Shown here piece after piece: positions 1 to 13,100 of a DNA stretch of 64,000 nt (its first letter is position 1; each line of letters begins with the position of its first letter). Under the pieces are notes generated by a model, which saw only the letters and a list, made by a program, of their open reading frames with translations, was not told the origin of the DNA and ran no database searches. A program made the translations under genes and the position numbers. Source of the stretch: Macrostomum lignano (Eukaryota); assembly GCA_002269645.1 (NCBI GenBank), contig NIVC01000093.1:806001-870000 (forward strand), in the 5' to 3' direction.

Positions 1-411
1 CGGATAATTATCTATCTTGTTTCTGCGTTCGTTAATTTAACAACAGAACAACAGAACAAAGCTTTTGGAGCATTTGCGAACGTATCAATGCTCATGGGGG
101 AAATTGCTAAAATTGTGAGACTCAAGACTCGCGTGGAATTTCTGAGATGTCAAGACTCATATACGGGAATTGCTGCAATGCTGTTGCTCATGGGGAAAAT
201 TTCTGAACTGTCAAGGTACACCCTGGCACACGTCCACTATATAATGACGGAGTCACATTTGATTACAGCAATTTTTTAGGCATTTCTCAAATGATTTTAC
301 TGAGCACTACATTGAGTTTTAAATTTTGTATTTTGCTGTTAGATATGGGATTAGCATTTTGGGTCAAGTCCAATCTAGTCAGTTGCTTTTCGCTGTTCAG
401 TCCAGATCAGA

Positions 412-843
412 TCAGGCCTGGGTTTCCGGCACCTCAACAATCAAATCAAATATTTCCATTGCAATGTGGCCGCCGCACTTTTGCCCCCACTCGGCATTCT
501 TGCATTGCTGATTACAATATTTTTTATCTAATTTCATATCTTCAGGTAAGAGTATTTTATTGCCACAGAAGCATCGGTCGCCGTTTGCTAGACCAAAATA
601 TTTGTATGACCACTTCATGCACGCTGTGGCACAGGTTTCTTGGTTCATCATTCTGAAATTGTACATCAATTTATGGCGCAGCAAGACTTCATCACCTGGC
701 CAATAATAGCATCCTTTTGAAGGCGCTGAAAGAACGGCAGAAGTGCGACTCGGTGTATTTTTGACAGCTGATGAAGCAAACATGTTTCGTAAAAACAGCC
801 ATTCACTCACCTGGCACTACTGGAAAGACAGCACTAGCTGGCA
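412..843 (-). CDS. WSC-domain small (probably secreted) protein, copy 1; 5' end unresolved
   Basis: Translation contains the WSC Cys pattern (KGCYYW...NQETCATACMKWSYKYFGLANGDRCFCGN...YCNQQC...QKCGGHIAMEIFDL). The ORF-track start at 810 is really a GTGAGT donor: 33-nt exon 843-811, 43-nt intron 810-768, main exon 767-412, all phase 1. A further 33-nt exon is possible at about 982-950. Confidence 0.8.
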
Positions 844-2199
844 CTGTAAATACAGAAAGGCGGGAAACATTATGAAAGTGAGGCGCTGCCGGAGTGTGAG
901 AAAGGTTAAAAGGGGATCAACACGAGAGAGAGACCTGAGGTACCTGATGAAGCGCACAGGTGCACAACAGACACAACTACAGGACACGTCAATCAGCGAG
1001 TGATCAAAATGTCATTTCATCAAAGACCAAATTAAGATACATCCTATCGCTAAAGTCGCTAAAGAAAGCTTGCTCTGAAAATGCACACCGATTTAACCTT
1101 GGCGATCTTTATAAGTGTAGGGAATGAGTAGCTGCAGTCTGTATTTGGTATTGAAGTGGAAACTCTGTTATGGCTTGCAGCAGAGTAGGAGCGTAAATAC
1201 TCAAAAATAAAGCTCCAAGTCAATGAAAAATTTCCTCAATACTACGAGCGTAAAAATGGGTTTTCGGTACGCTCGGTTAGAGTACGTAGTTATGTGATTA
1301 ATTTCAGAAATAAACTGCTCAACTGATTTTCATCAAACTTGGCAACCGTTCGATCAAAAAATTTTCCGTTGGCGGTCACATGCGTCGCGGCAAAGAAATT
1401 GCTCAATGCTAGGGGCGATTAATATTCGAAAAACTGGCTTAGACTTGAACAGACTGAGCTGCTATAGCCAGCGATCTATTGGTTCGAATCGAACTTGCGG
1501 ATGCGGATATCTTAAGCTAGCTGACTTGGCTTTCAGGGCTTGATGCTATTTTTCTTTAAGCCTCATTTTTTTGAGAATACTAACAATAGCGACTGTACAG
1601 GGTCAAAACCTGCAGGTAGTTTATTCATTTTTATTCCTTTCTCTGTTGCCACCCCAACTGTTGCCACCCTAATGACTAGCGGATTGCTAGGCATAATTCT
1701 TAAGGCATTATTTCTTACGAAAATAATAATAAAAACCATGCTAATTTAGAATACAAAGGCTTTACCTCCAAAGACACCTGGAACGGCAGCGAGAAGGATC
1801 AAGGCGAGAGTTGAGAACAGCATGATTGCTTTTTTGCTCCAAGAATTGGTTTTACTATAGACTTCTCTGTGATCGTCGAAAACTTGATTTGGCAGCCTGG
1901 AGCCTTTTTCTTTCTTTTATAGAGTTTATTTGAATTTAAATTCTTGAAAGGAAATTTTTGCCTCGTGGCACATTTTTCTGTCGACTCAATGCTACGAAGA
2001 TATAGCTTGTAGAACCAAATAATTCGAGTGGCTAAAAGTTTTTGCTCCAAATTTGAAAGTTTTTTCATGTTAATTTTTATTGAAAATTGCAATTCAGCTA
2101 AAATAAATTTTGAAAGAATTTAATCTATCGAAATGAACACTTGGAATTGCATTTCAATAATTTCAATAATATACAATAAAGTTAAACTACGAGCATACA

Positions 2200-3700
2200 C
2201 CAATACTGAACATGACCTGTAGTCGGAAGTCGAAAGGCGACGTCTACAGCAAAGCTGGTGTCGTGGTTCCTGATATCCGTGTGGGCGATCGTACCATCGA
2301 ATGGTTTTTCGTGTTGGATCTCCAGGCCGGAGATATTTAACTCCGAAGAACAGAAACCCTAACACCGGGTACCAGAGCGGAGGCGTCGTCGACTCTCATT
2401 TGTGCTGATCACATGCAGCTGGCGCTGCGGTGTCACGCAGGAAGATCCGGTGGTCCAGAAGAAGTCCAGGAGGGGGTGGTTGCTATCCCGGTGATGCGTG
2501 CTGTTTTCTAGCGGTCGAGCTGACAGAGTTTTTTGGGCCTGAAAACGTAGTAGAGATCAGGGTTTGGGTCGAGGTAGGTGAGCCTGTCCTGAGGGGAGAG
2601 TGATCTCCTTCCCCCAGACTCGCTCATTGTACAGCTCCATGGCGCAAAAGCTGGTGGCGAGAATTTCGTTCTGAGAGACGGTAATAAAACAGGTGCCGGT
2701 GTGCTGGGAGAAGGTCGCTATACAGGGTTCTCCCTCCAGACACGACACCGTGGCCGTAGCCAGAGTAGGTGGGGTGGATTTGAGACCCGTCATTGAAGCA
2801 GTGGACTTCACGCGTGGGAGGTTCCAGCTGTCTCTTGCTTCGTGACGCAGTGGAATGCTGGTTATGAGTTTAAGCGGAGGGTATGCAGAGCGTGGACGGA
2901 ATCAAGAGGGTCAGCAGGCCTAGCATCCCGCTGCTTCCAGGTCTTGCAGGGCGAAGGAAGGACAGGGCACAGCTGCGCGGGTTTGCCGGTAGTCGGGGGC
3001 GTTAGCCCACCTCTCCCTGTGCTTTGAAGCTCCCTGTGCTTTGAAGCCATTCACTGGTTGTTGAGTGGTGACAACGGCGGTGGGGGTGGGGGCCACGGGC
3101 AGGGGACCAGTAAAAGAACCGGTCGAGCCAGCCTTGGCCGGGCGATCGGCCAACTCGTTGCTGACGTGGCCCGAGTGCCCGGGGATCCACCTTAGAGACA
3201 CCTTTTTGAAGGCGCCTAAGCGGTTGAGCTGCCCGATGCAGTCAAGGACTGTACGCGAGCAGGTGGTTGTGCACTCAAGGTCGAGGATTCGCCGCTTGAC
3301 TGTCCGAGTGGAGGGTAATCTCCAGCTTCCCCCACACGCACTGATTGTACAGGTCCATGACGCAGGAGCTGATGGCGAGAATTTCATTCTGGAAAACGAT
3401 GGAGCGTAGGTGCCGGTGCGCTGGAAGAAGGTCGTCACAAATCTCCCTCTAGACACGATGTGCTAGGAGAATGTCGTAGCGAGATCGACAGAGTTGATTT
3501 AGACCCGTCAGTGAAGCATAGTAGATTTCAAGGGGGTTCCGACTGTCCCTTGCTTCGTGACGTGGTGGAATTTTGGTTTTGAATTTGAGCAGAGGGCATG
3601 CAGAGCCGTGGACGGGATTCCGTCCGAGAGGGCATTCAGTCGAGGGCTCTCAGGATCTGGAGGAGCTGCTGCCCATGCAGACTGGCGGTCGGAGGGTTGG
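2200..3700 (-). mobile_element. Two adjacent degenerate non-LTR retrotransposon fragments (RNase H domain region)
   Basis: Frameshifted RNase HI motifs: EVHCFNDGS (~2800), TVSQNEILA, and [27 protein letters not shown] (ORF 2920-3456), typical of RNase H-bearing LINE clades. There are stops and frameshifts, and no RT is visible. Confidence 0.75.
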
Positions 3701-3876
3701 AGGGCCTTGCCACTTTAAAAATGACGGAGTCACATTTGATTACAGCATTTTTTTACGCATTCACTGACGATTTTACTGAAATAGGATTAGCAATTTGGGT
3801 GAAGTCCAATGTTGTCAGTTGCTATTCGCGGTTCAGTCCAGATCTGATTAGGCCTGGGTTTTCGGCATCTCAACAA

Positions 3877-4286
3877 TTAATTCAAATATTTCCAATGCAA
3901 AAACCGGCCGCTGCACTTTTGTCCCCACTTGCCATACCTGCATAGCAGATTGCAATTTTCTCTATTTGTTAAAGTTCCATCTATGATTTCATTGCCACTG
4001 TAGCATCGGTCGCCGTTTGCTAGGCCAAAATATTTGTATGACCAATCCATGCACGCTGTGGCACACGTTTTTTGGTTTATGATTGTGGAATAGTTAATTG
4101 TCCTCAACAATCTCGCTTGCGGCAGGATCTCATCACTTATCCAATTATAGCATCCCTTTGACGGCGTTGAAAGAACATGAGAAGTGCGACTCGGTGTATT
4201 TTGAACAGCTGAGGAAGCAAACAGATTTCGTAGAAAAACAGCCATTCACTAACCCGGCACTAATGGAAAGACAGAACTAACTGGCA
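3877..4286 (-). pseudogene. WSC-domain gene copy 2 (frameshifted at the C-terminus; pseudogene or homopolymer sequencing error)
   Basis: Paralogous to 412-843, with the same 33-nt exon (4286-4254) and a 45-nt intron (4253-4209). One WSC Cys is lost (CFCGN to CYSGN) and a +2 indel at the run near 3900-3905 truncates the tail. Confidence 0.65.
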
Positions 4287-4779
4287 CTGTAAATACAGAA
4301 AAGCAAAAAAATTATGAAAGTGATCAGGCACTTCCGCAAGCGTATGGGTAAGATAAAAAAGTCAATACAAGCGAGTGATCAAACTGTCGCTTGGTATGAA
4401 TTGTAAAGACCAAATTCTGAAGTCGCAATGCTTTACAAATGCACACCGATTTAACCTTAGCGGGTCTGTATAAGTGTAGGAATGAATCGATGCGGTTTGT
4501 ATTTGCATATGGTATTGAAGTGGAAACTCTGTTACTGCATGTTTGCAGGTTGCAGGAGCGTAAATAAGGCCCCAAGTCAATGGGAAAATTCGTCAATACT
4601 ACGAGCCACTGTAGCGTAAAAACGAGTTGTCGGTACGCTCGGATCTAGGTAGAAGTAGTAAAGTAGGCACGTGATTGTTGTTTTTAGAAAAAATGGCTCG
4701 ATCCACTGATTGTCATTAAACTTGCGCCGTTCGATCAAACACTTTTTGGTGGCGCCCGGTACATGTGTCGCGGCTACCC

Positions 4780-5148
4780 TAGAAGACATTGACTTGTTGG
4801 TTCTTAACAGATCTTATCAATCTTCTTGGGTTGCTGCGCAAGTTGCAAGATCTTCGCCATGATAATACTGAGGTAAACTTACCAGATCTGGGCGACTTGC
4901 TACATCGTACAAGATCTTAGCTTTTATATCTTTTTATAGCTTTGAATCGCATATTTTATTAAAATTACTGTCCCATTTTGTCATAAAATTAAATATAGTT
5001 CAGCTAGAACATTTTAGCCAAATGAATGACAAAACATATGTACCTCCCATCTTAGAAGATCCTGCAAGAACCGAGCAGATTGAGAAGATCTGCTAAGAAT
5101 GGCAAAGCAGACAAGATCTGCCAAGTTTGAGAAACAGAACGTCATCTA
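4780..5148. mobile_element. Possible old hAT-like non-autonomous insertion
   Basis: Absent from the homologous position of the first duplicated block. Ends TAGAAGACATT and (reverse complement) TAGATGACGTT; the flanking 8-mers GGCTACCC and GGCTAATG match only 5/8. Confidence 0.35.
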
Positions 5149-6329
5149 GGCTAATGAAGTGCCGTAACTAAAGGGAATCTTCGAAAAACTATGACGTAAA
5201 TAGATTGAACGGCTAACGCAGCGACCTATTGGTTCAAATTTTGATAGTTTAATTTTTTCATTAGAAGCTTTTTAAAGTGAAGAAACTTAAGGGTAGAAAA
5301 AACTAAAATAAGACACGTAATGTCAAAATACTCGTAAGACTCATAAGGGAATCGCTATGTCTACAAGGCTCATGAAGGATTAGCTTAAGAACCCTAATGA
5401 CTTTCAGCCGGGTTAGGGTTAGGGTTAAACCATAAAAGAATCTCCCTGACGAACATAAGACTCATGGGAGAAATTGTTTTTACGAGTATGTCAAATCTTA
5501 TAAGGGAATTTTTGAGATGTCAAGACTCGGCTCGGGGCTGGGGGAATCGCAATAATACTGTTGGTTACGAGCGTACTCTTGGGAGACTTGCTGAGATGTC
5601 AAAGCTCACGGCGGAATCGCTGAAATGCTGTGGCTCATTGGGAGTTGCTGAGATAGCTGAGGGTAAATCATGGAAGTTGTTGATAGGCCAAGCCAATGGT
5701 AGATCAAAAGGGAGAGGTTAGGGTTGAGCCATGATTTAAAGGGAGGCTTTTGATGCCAAAGCTCACAGGGGATTCTGATATCGATCTTAGACTACTCGTG
5801 CATAGCTGGCTTTCGGGCTTTGATGTAGTCTATTCATTTTCTAAAATTTCTTTCTCTGTTGCCACCGCAACAATTGCGCACAGGCATAATTTTTTTACGA
5901 AAATACGCATAAAATCAAAATCCGTGCTGCTTAAGAATACAGTGAGGCTTACGGCCTCCAAAGACACCCGGAACGGCCGCGAGGGAAGGATCAGCGCGCG
6001 ATCGAGTTGAGAACAGCATGATTGCGTTTATACTCAAGAGAATTCGTTTTACTAGACTTCTCTGTGATCGTCGAAAGCTTTTCTCCGCAGCCTCAAGGCT
6101 TAATTTCTTTCTTCAAAGTTTGAATGTAAATTCTTTAAAAAATTTGTGCCACGTGGCAGATTTTAATGTCGATAGTTAAAATTGAAGCAAAAAAAGAAAG
6201 TTTGCTCCTAATACGCTCGGATATGAAATTTTAGAAATTCAATTTTATCAATCGTTTAATCATGAAATTCCTTTACTTTGGGCGTGCGCCACCACTACTA
6301 AAAATGAAATGCAGTGCGCCGGGGAAGTT

Positions 6330-7150
6330 GAAACGGCGACATCTGCAGCGAAGCCGGCGGCACAGCTGGCAACCTCGAAGTCGTGTGGCACTCGGTCTGC
6401 TGAGGCCGCCCATCGCCCTTTACTCAACTCTCAACAGTAATAACAAGCACTCCACAGCTTGTGCCTGTTATTTATCTTGCCGAGCAGATTGGAATCGACC
6501 GACTTGACTTACTTGACTTAATCAGCTACCACCCGATTATACAGCGGGCCGGCGGGAGGCGTCGACGCGCTCATTGCGCTGACCCTTGGCGACAACAGGC
6601 AGCTGGTGCTGGTGCGGTGTCGCACAGGGAGATCCGGTGGTCCAGAATGAGTTCAGGAGGTGAATGGTTAACTGCTCTCCAGGTGAATGCGTGCCATGCA
6701 TTACACTGGGAGTCCAGCGGTCAAGCTGGCAGAGTTTCTCGGATCTGAAAACGTAGGAGAGATCCGGGTTTAGGCCGAGGTAGGCGAGCCTGTCCTGAGT
6801 GGAGATCTCCTTCCCCCCAGACTCGCTCATTGTACAGCTCCATGACTCAGAAGCTGGTGGCGAGAACTTTGTTCTGGAAGACGGTAATTATAAGCAGGCG
6901 CCGGTGTGCTGGGAGAAGGTCACCATGCAGGCTCTTCCCCCGGACAATATGCAGTAGCCGTAGCCGAGTAGGTGGAGTTGATTTGGGACCCGTCAGTGAA
7001 GCAGTGGATTTCACGGGGGTTCCAGCTGTCCCTTGCTTCGTGACGTGCATGATGGAATCTTGATTTTGAATTTACAATAAGCGGAGAGCAGAGTGTGAAC
7101 GGGATTCCGTCCGAGAGGCTCATCAGGCCTCCCGCTGCTAATCCAGGTCT
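6330..7150 (-). mobile_element. Degenerate non-LTR retrotransposon RNase H fragment (third copy)
   Basis: EIHCFTDGSQI, TVFQNKVLA and NERVD motifs lie in shifting frames. Nucleotide similarity to 2200-2900 and 3400-3700. Confidence 0.7.
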
Positions 7151-10100
7151 CACAGACACGGCTGAGGTCATCGTTCGGCCGGAGTACATGTACATACTTT
7201 TAAATTGAAAGTTCATTACATCGTTTATACAGTTCGATAGGGACAAGGCAAAACCAGCTTCAGTGCATTTGAGTGCACATTGCTTAGACTAAATTTCTCT
7301 CGTGAGGTACTCGTACATGTACATGTACGACATGCGTAAAGTAATGTTGCAGATACATGTATAAATTAAGTAGTACTCACACGTACTGGAATCTATATGA
7401 AAAACATATACAGCGAATGTACATGTATATATGACGACGTGCAACTGCAACAACCAGAAAATTGTTTAGGAGAGGCAGATCGGGGGTGGGGTCAACGATC
7501 CAAATGCGAATGAGACGGGCCTGTTTTGCGATAGCTAGACTACTTTTTCCGGGTGCCACCAAAAGAGCGAGCGTGCGAGAAATTGCGTATCTATGTGCTT
7601 GCTACATTTACGTTACGTAATTCTTTTGGTCATCGGGTCGGAGTACGCATTGGGTCCGGAGTACGGAGTACGAGTAAAGAGGGAGGAAGTAAGGAGGAAG
7701 TGAAGGTTAGTGGAAATTCTAAAAAATATAGGAATTAAATCCGAAGAATCTTGGCTTTTTCAAAAGGAGCTATAAAATTTAAGTTCTATAGCCGACGTCA
7801 CTATCAGCCGGTTTAATGTTATACTTCACAAATTTACAGATTTGTCATAGTTTTGTTTACATATTGTAATAGTAATAGTAATATTAATATTAATAGTATT
7901 GTATGTGCATATTAAACACAAAAGGACCACTGTATATACATGTAGCTATATATACAGTGGTCCTTGATTGAACACAAGTGTTGAACACAGTATTGAACAC
8001 ATTTCAGAAAATGATTTCTCCTCTGGCAGTAAAGCAAATATAAGCATGCGACAAAAATTTATTGGATATTACTTTAGCAGCCTCCACCCGTATATACAGT
8101 TTTGCTGGAATATATCACGAATAAGTGCAGCAAAAAGGCTCAGATATCATGATACGGTGATATTATATCATGATATTCTTAGCCAAAATGCTGCAACAAT
8201 GTAGTCTATTTGGGCAGCCTCATAGCAACGGATCGTCTAATCCGCAAATGTGTAGACTGCTAGTAGAAGCGGCCAAAAATCGTTTCTGACTCAGTGTAAG
8301 TTGAGTCTTTAATGCGTTTATTTTCTCCTAAATAGCTGGAAAATCTCTTTTGTGTCTTATTACGTTTTTCAGCTGGTTTTTTGTTCGCGAACTCTAGAAT
8401 ATTTTTGTTTAAACACATAGATTTCTTGGTTTAAAGGAAACTCCGTGCGTCGGCGATAATAATAAAAAAGTTGTTGACGACAACTAGCTCTAGCTTAGGC
8501 CCTCGCCCCTAGCCAATGACAATCGAAAGCACTACTCCATTACTCATCTGTTTTCAGGCGCGGTGGCAAAATATTGAAAGGGGCAACATAAGGTCAAACA
8601 GATATGTTTTTGATGGTGAAGCTCAAAGTCTGAACTCTGAATGGAGAGTGAGACTAAATTTGATGGTGAAGCCTAAATTCTGAACGGAGAGTAGAGACTA
8701 AATGCTGTAATAATTATTAAAGTCATTAAAATATTGTTACTTTTATCATTACTATTGTTAAGGCAGTGCCCCTACGCCCCACAACATATTTTAGGTAGGC
8801 CCCCTACGGCCCCTAGGTCTGTAGTGTAGGCAATTGCCTAGGGCCTACCCTACCCCAGGCTCTGCAGCGAATGTAGTGTTTGCAATAGGCCTATTCTTGG
8901 TTTGTATTTAAGCACGAAAACGAAGTGTTGAATGTTTTTTCTTTTTAATTTTGTAGTTTACAAGGACATGATGAATTGTGTTTAGAGAAAGGAGAGAGAA
9001 AGTCTAAAGGAAGGAGACAGCAAAGAAGAAAGAAGAAAAAATCTACTTGATAGACTAGGCCTATAGACACAAAAAAATTGAATGCCAACATAGTAGGCCC
9101 TATTCAATGCCAGAGCCATAGCCACCAATGGTAACTAGTGATTTTAGTCTATGTAGTTTATGCCTAACATTCCTTTAAATTATATTCTATTTAGATGGCT
9201 TAGGCCTATTTTCTCTTGTCTATAAAAAAGATTTCACATAACTGCCTTTTTAAGATTCATAATTTTCTTATGGGTCTAATAATGTAATATAGTGCTAGGT
9301 AGCTCAATATGCAATAGCTATTATCTAACCCTTGTTCTTATTGGATTGGGATTTTGACCCACTCATTTCTTTGGAAGACCTGCATTTAAGACTAAGGTTT
9401 GTATATCCCATGGCCATATCTTTTATCTTTCTTTAGGCCTATCTTATTAATGAACTGGTGCTCAACATTGATTATGTTTACAAATAGTGTATTTTTTATA
9501 TTTACTATTATATAGGCCCTAGTTTTTAGTTATAATAAGGCCTAATTTTGCTATTTAGTTTAGGTAGGGCCAATATATATATTTACTAATAAATATTACT
9601 TTTGTTTTACTATATAATTCTAAGAACTTATATGGTTCATGCATATTTAAATTGTGGGTAGAATTTAATTTTTTTCTCCTTTTTTCCCTATCCTATTGTC
9701 TCTTGCCGCTCCCTGATTGGTTCAAGCTGTGCTATATATTTTGTATTTTTATTAGTTAGGATAAATTGTTACCAATCATTAAGTTATCAAACCTCAATAT
9801 ATATTTATTATTATAATTAGCCATCTGCACACTAGTGTGGCAGACAAGTACAAGTGCACCTGAAGACAGCCGTTTAGATGCCCTCGTGCTCATCTGTTCA
9901 TCATGTCGCATCTATGCACCACCAACCTTAGAGATTAGAGGTGGGGGTTCACCTACCCTGCCTGAGCTACATAGGGGTTGGGGTTGACTGACTAACTAGC
10001 GCGTTGGCCTATTTAACCTGATTGTGCGCAGATGCTTATAAGAACTTTTTGCTCTCCGCAAATACAATTTCAAGGCTACATGCAGTAGCTACTGCCCGTT

Positions 10101-13100
10101 TCAACAGGGTCATTAAAATTTTAGCATGCTTAGTATGATTGTGTGAATGAAAATAGTTGACTAAAAATATTGGCATGCTTGGTATGAATTGGTAGCTTTG
10201 CTCATCTTTGATTCTGGCATGCCTCTGCCACTTTCTTGAGCTTCTTGAGCTTTCTTGACTTTCTTTTGGGCTTTTTTGCTAAAAAAAGTTCTAGCATATA
10301 ATGCAAGCAAACTTATTTAATAAGAATAGTTCTAATGAATTGTATGGCATAATCAAACTTTTGATAGGATTTTTTCTAGTGCAGCAGGCATACTATGATC
10401 TTGACTATGGGACAGTATGCCTAAGAGGCAAGAGGTGGGTCTAAAAAGATAGGCCAAAGCAAGATGCGTAATTGACAAAATGTCAAGGTAAGCAGCATGC
10501 CTATACTTAATACTTAGTATGATTGGAAAGTAGGGCAATATACCTATATAGGACTATATACCCTAGGAAAAAAGGGGGAGCAAGGCAATATTCCCTAGAG
10601 AAAGAGAGATAGCAATATAGCCCTATTGAACAGAATATTACTTCGAGAAGAAAGGCAGAATACCTTCAACTAACAAATAATAAATCAGTTTCTATTTTTT
10701 AAACCAAAATACTAAGCTCTCCAATAGAGGCAATGTTTAAAGGCAAGAGTGGAACAAGGTAGAGCAAGCAGGAAATTTGCTATATTTTTCTTTTGTATTT
10801 ATACTAGAAAAAATGGTGGTTTAGCTAAAACAAATTAGTATTAAAGTATGTTTGATATGGTAATAAAAGAATAAATACCAAGTTAGTTTATTAAAATGTG
10901 AATAAAAAATGATTTATATATGAATTTTACAATTATCAAAACTATTCATAATTTATTCTATTTTATTTTTGTGCAAAAAGGAATATCCTTATTACTACAA
11001 AGTATTTTACTTAAAATTTTAATTGAAAAACTAGTTTTATCTCTTTACCTATTTTTAAGTACTAAAGCTTAAAAGATTATTTAAGCTCTAGTGCTCTACC
11101 TCTTGATTTAATAGATTGGATTTAGATTGGATTTGATATTCTCCTGGCTTTATCAAATGATGTACTTTATCTCAACTCTAACATTAGCATTTTTATAAGC
11201 ATTGTTTGTAGACTGCTATCTCTCATTTATAAGTTTTGGATTCTTTTTATTGATTAAATATTGTGTTCTTTCCTAGTCTTCTGGGGTACATCAATTTATT
11301 GTAACCTCCCTTGTCCATTAGTGCACATTAAGTAGATTTGATCCAACCTTCTTGCATGCAACATGCAGGACAAAAAATTCTTGCATACAAAGTCTATACT
11401 AAAGACTATGTCTATATAGGCTTACACAATATAAAGTTGGGATAATGAAAGCTAAAGTTAAGATCAGACCTGTAATGTTTTCACTTTTAATGCAAAAGAT
11501 AATCAGGAACTTAAGCAACAAAGATATTCTATACTAGGCCTAGGCCATATATATTGTATAGTTGGGATAATATAGGCTGAAGATAAATATAATCCAATTT
11601 TTTTAAATAAACCATCTAATCTGCCTTTTCCCTTTAATCCACCACCTAATCCAAACCATGTTTTTTGTATGAAAAATAAATTTTATAAGTGATAGATTAG
11701 CCTAAACTAATTGCTATAATTCTTTCTGTTACTATATTAAAAAGGCCTAAAATGGCTAAAGATAAAGATCTAGTAATTTTTGTTATAGCAGAAACTCTAT
11801 TATTGATAAAAATGATCTAATAAGTCTATTTGTCTTTTTTTATCTCATGCAATTTTTACAATTGCCATGACTTAGATAACAGAAGTCCTAGCAAAGCTAA
11901 GCATAGAAGTAGCTACTAACTACAAAACCTAAGCAAATATTCCCAAATTAGTGGCAGCAAAGTATATTGGTATATCATGTCTAAAATATGTGTGCATCTT
12001 AATCAATTTTTATATATTTTTTAAATAATTAGGCTTATCTAATAAGTCACTTATATGCTTCTGAGTTTAAAGGTATTGTATTATTTTTAACAGTATTTTA
12101 ATAGGGTCTTTTTATATGTTCTTCTAAGCTACCTATATTGCATTTAGTATTAATTTTCCTTCTGTGTCTAAATAATTCTTAAAATAAAAGTAGGCCTAGT
12201 TTTGCCTTCTTAATTTTTATTAAAATTTTTCAGCTTCAAATTTGACAATAATGCCATAAAATTTGGTAGCCATATATAAAAATCATTAGGAATTGACTAT
12301 GCTAAAATCTGGTAAATAGCTTACAATTGCATTACAAATAAAAATATTGAATGAATTTAAATAGTATATTTTAACTTAAAAAAAACTTATCAGGACTGTT
12401 TATTGCTAGGAGTACTCAATAAAAATATCTGCATAATCCAAGCATTGTGGACTAAAATGGGGCTTTAAAGAAGGCAAGGGAATAATTAGGGACTTATATC
12501 AGTTTAAGCTCATAAAGTAAAGTCCCAAATTATCCCTTGCTTGTTCTCCCTATTCCAAGTCCAATTTTTGTTGCTTTTTTGCCAAACCTAGTTTCCCGGT
12601 GTCACTGTGAGCAGAGTGATGTATAACTTGTATACATAGGTTACTGGGACTCCACTTTATGAGGTTAAATTGGCAGACTCTTCAGAGTCATTATATGCAA
12701 GATTCAATTTTGAAAACTAACTTTGGTACATGCCAATTTCAATGGTAAATTCTATAATAAATTCAAACAAACTGCACTTTGTATATTGCACTCAATTTCC
12801 CATTTGCTATATGCTTAATGTTTTTTGCTTACCACCATAAAACCTCATTGTGAGCCAAGAGTGTGGCAAATGGTCTTGTGTATGCCAGAGTTTTCTAGTT
12901 CTAGGTACTACTAATTAAAAAGTCAGCTCCTTACTTGCCAGTTAATCAGCTTGCGTGTCCATTAGAGTCAGTAGGCCACATCCGTCAGGACGGCTACTGC
13001 ATGTCTATCAGTCTGCATACAATAGATGATAATGTCTTGGTGCATAGGCCTTTGACAGTGTGTCTTGCTGCAGTGCTTGTGCAACTGGGGCAGCTGAAGA

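Noticed and set aside
5410-5427. (GGGTTA)3 telomere-like repeat
   Set aside because: Only three units and interstitial, so too short to call a telomere-healing or fusion site.
9859-9890. CTGAAGA hammerhead-like start; also CTGATGA near 768 and 39352
   Set aside because: No stem II followed by GAAA and a cleavage triplet.
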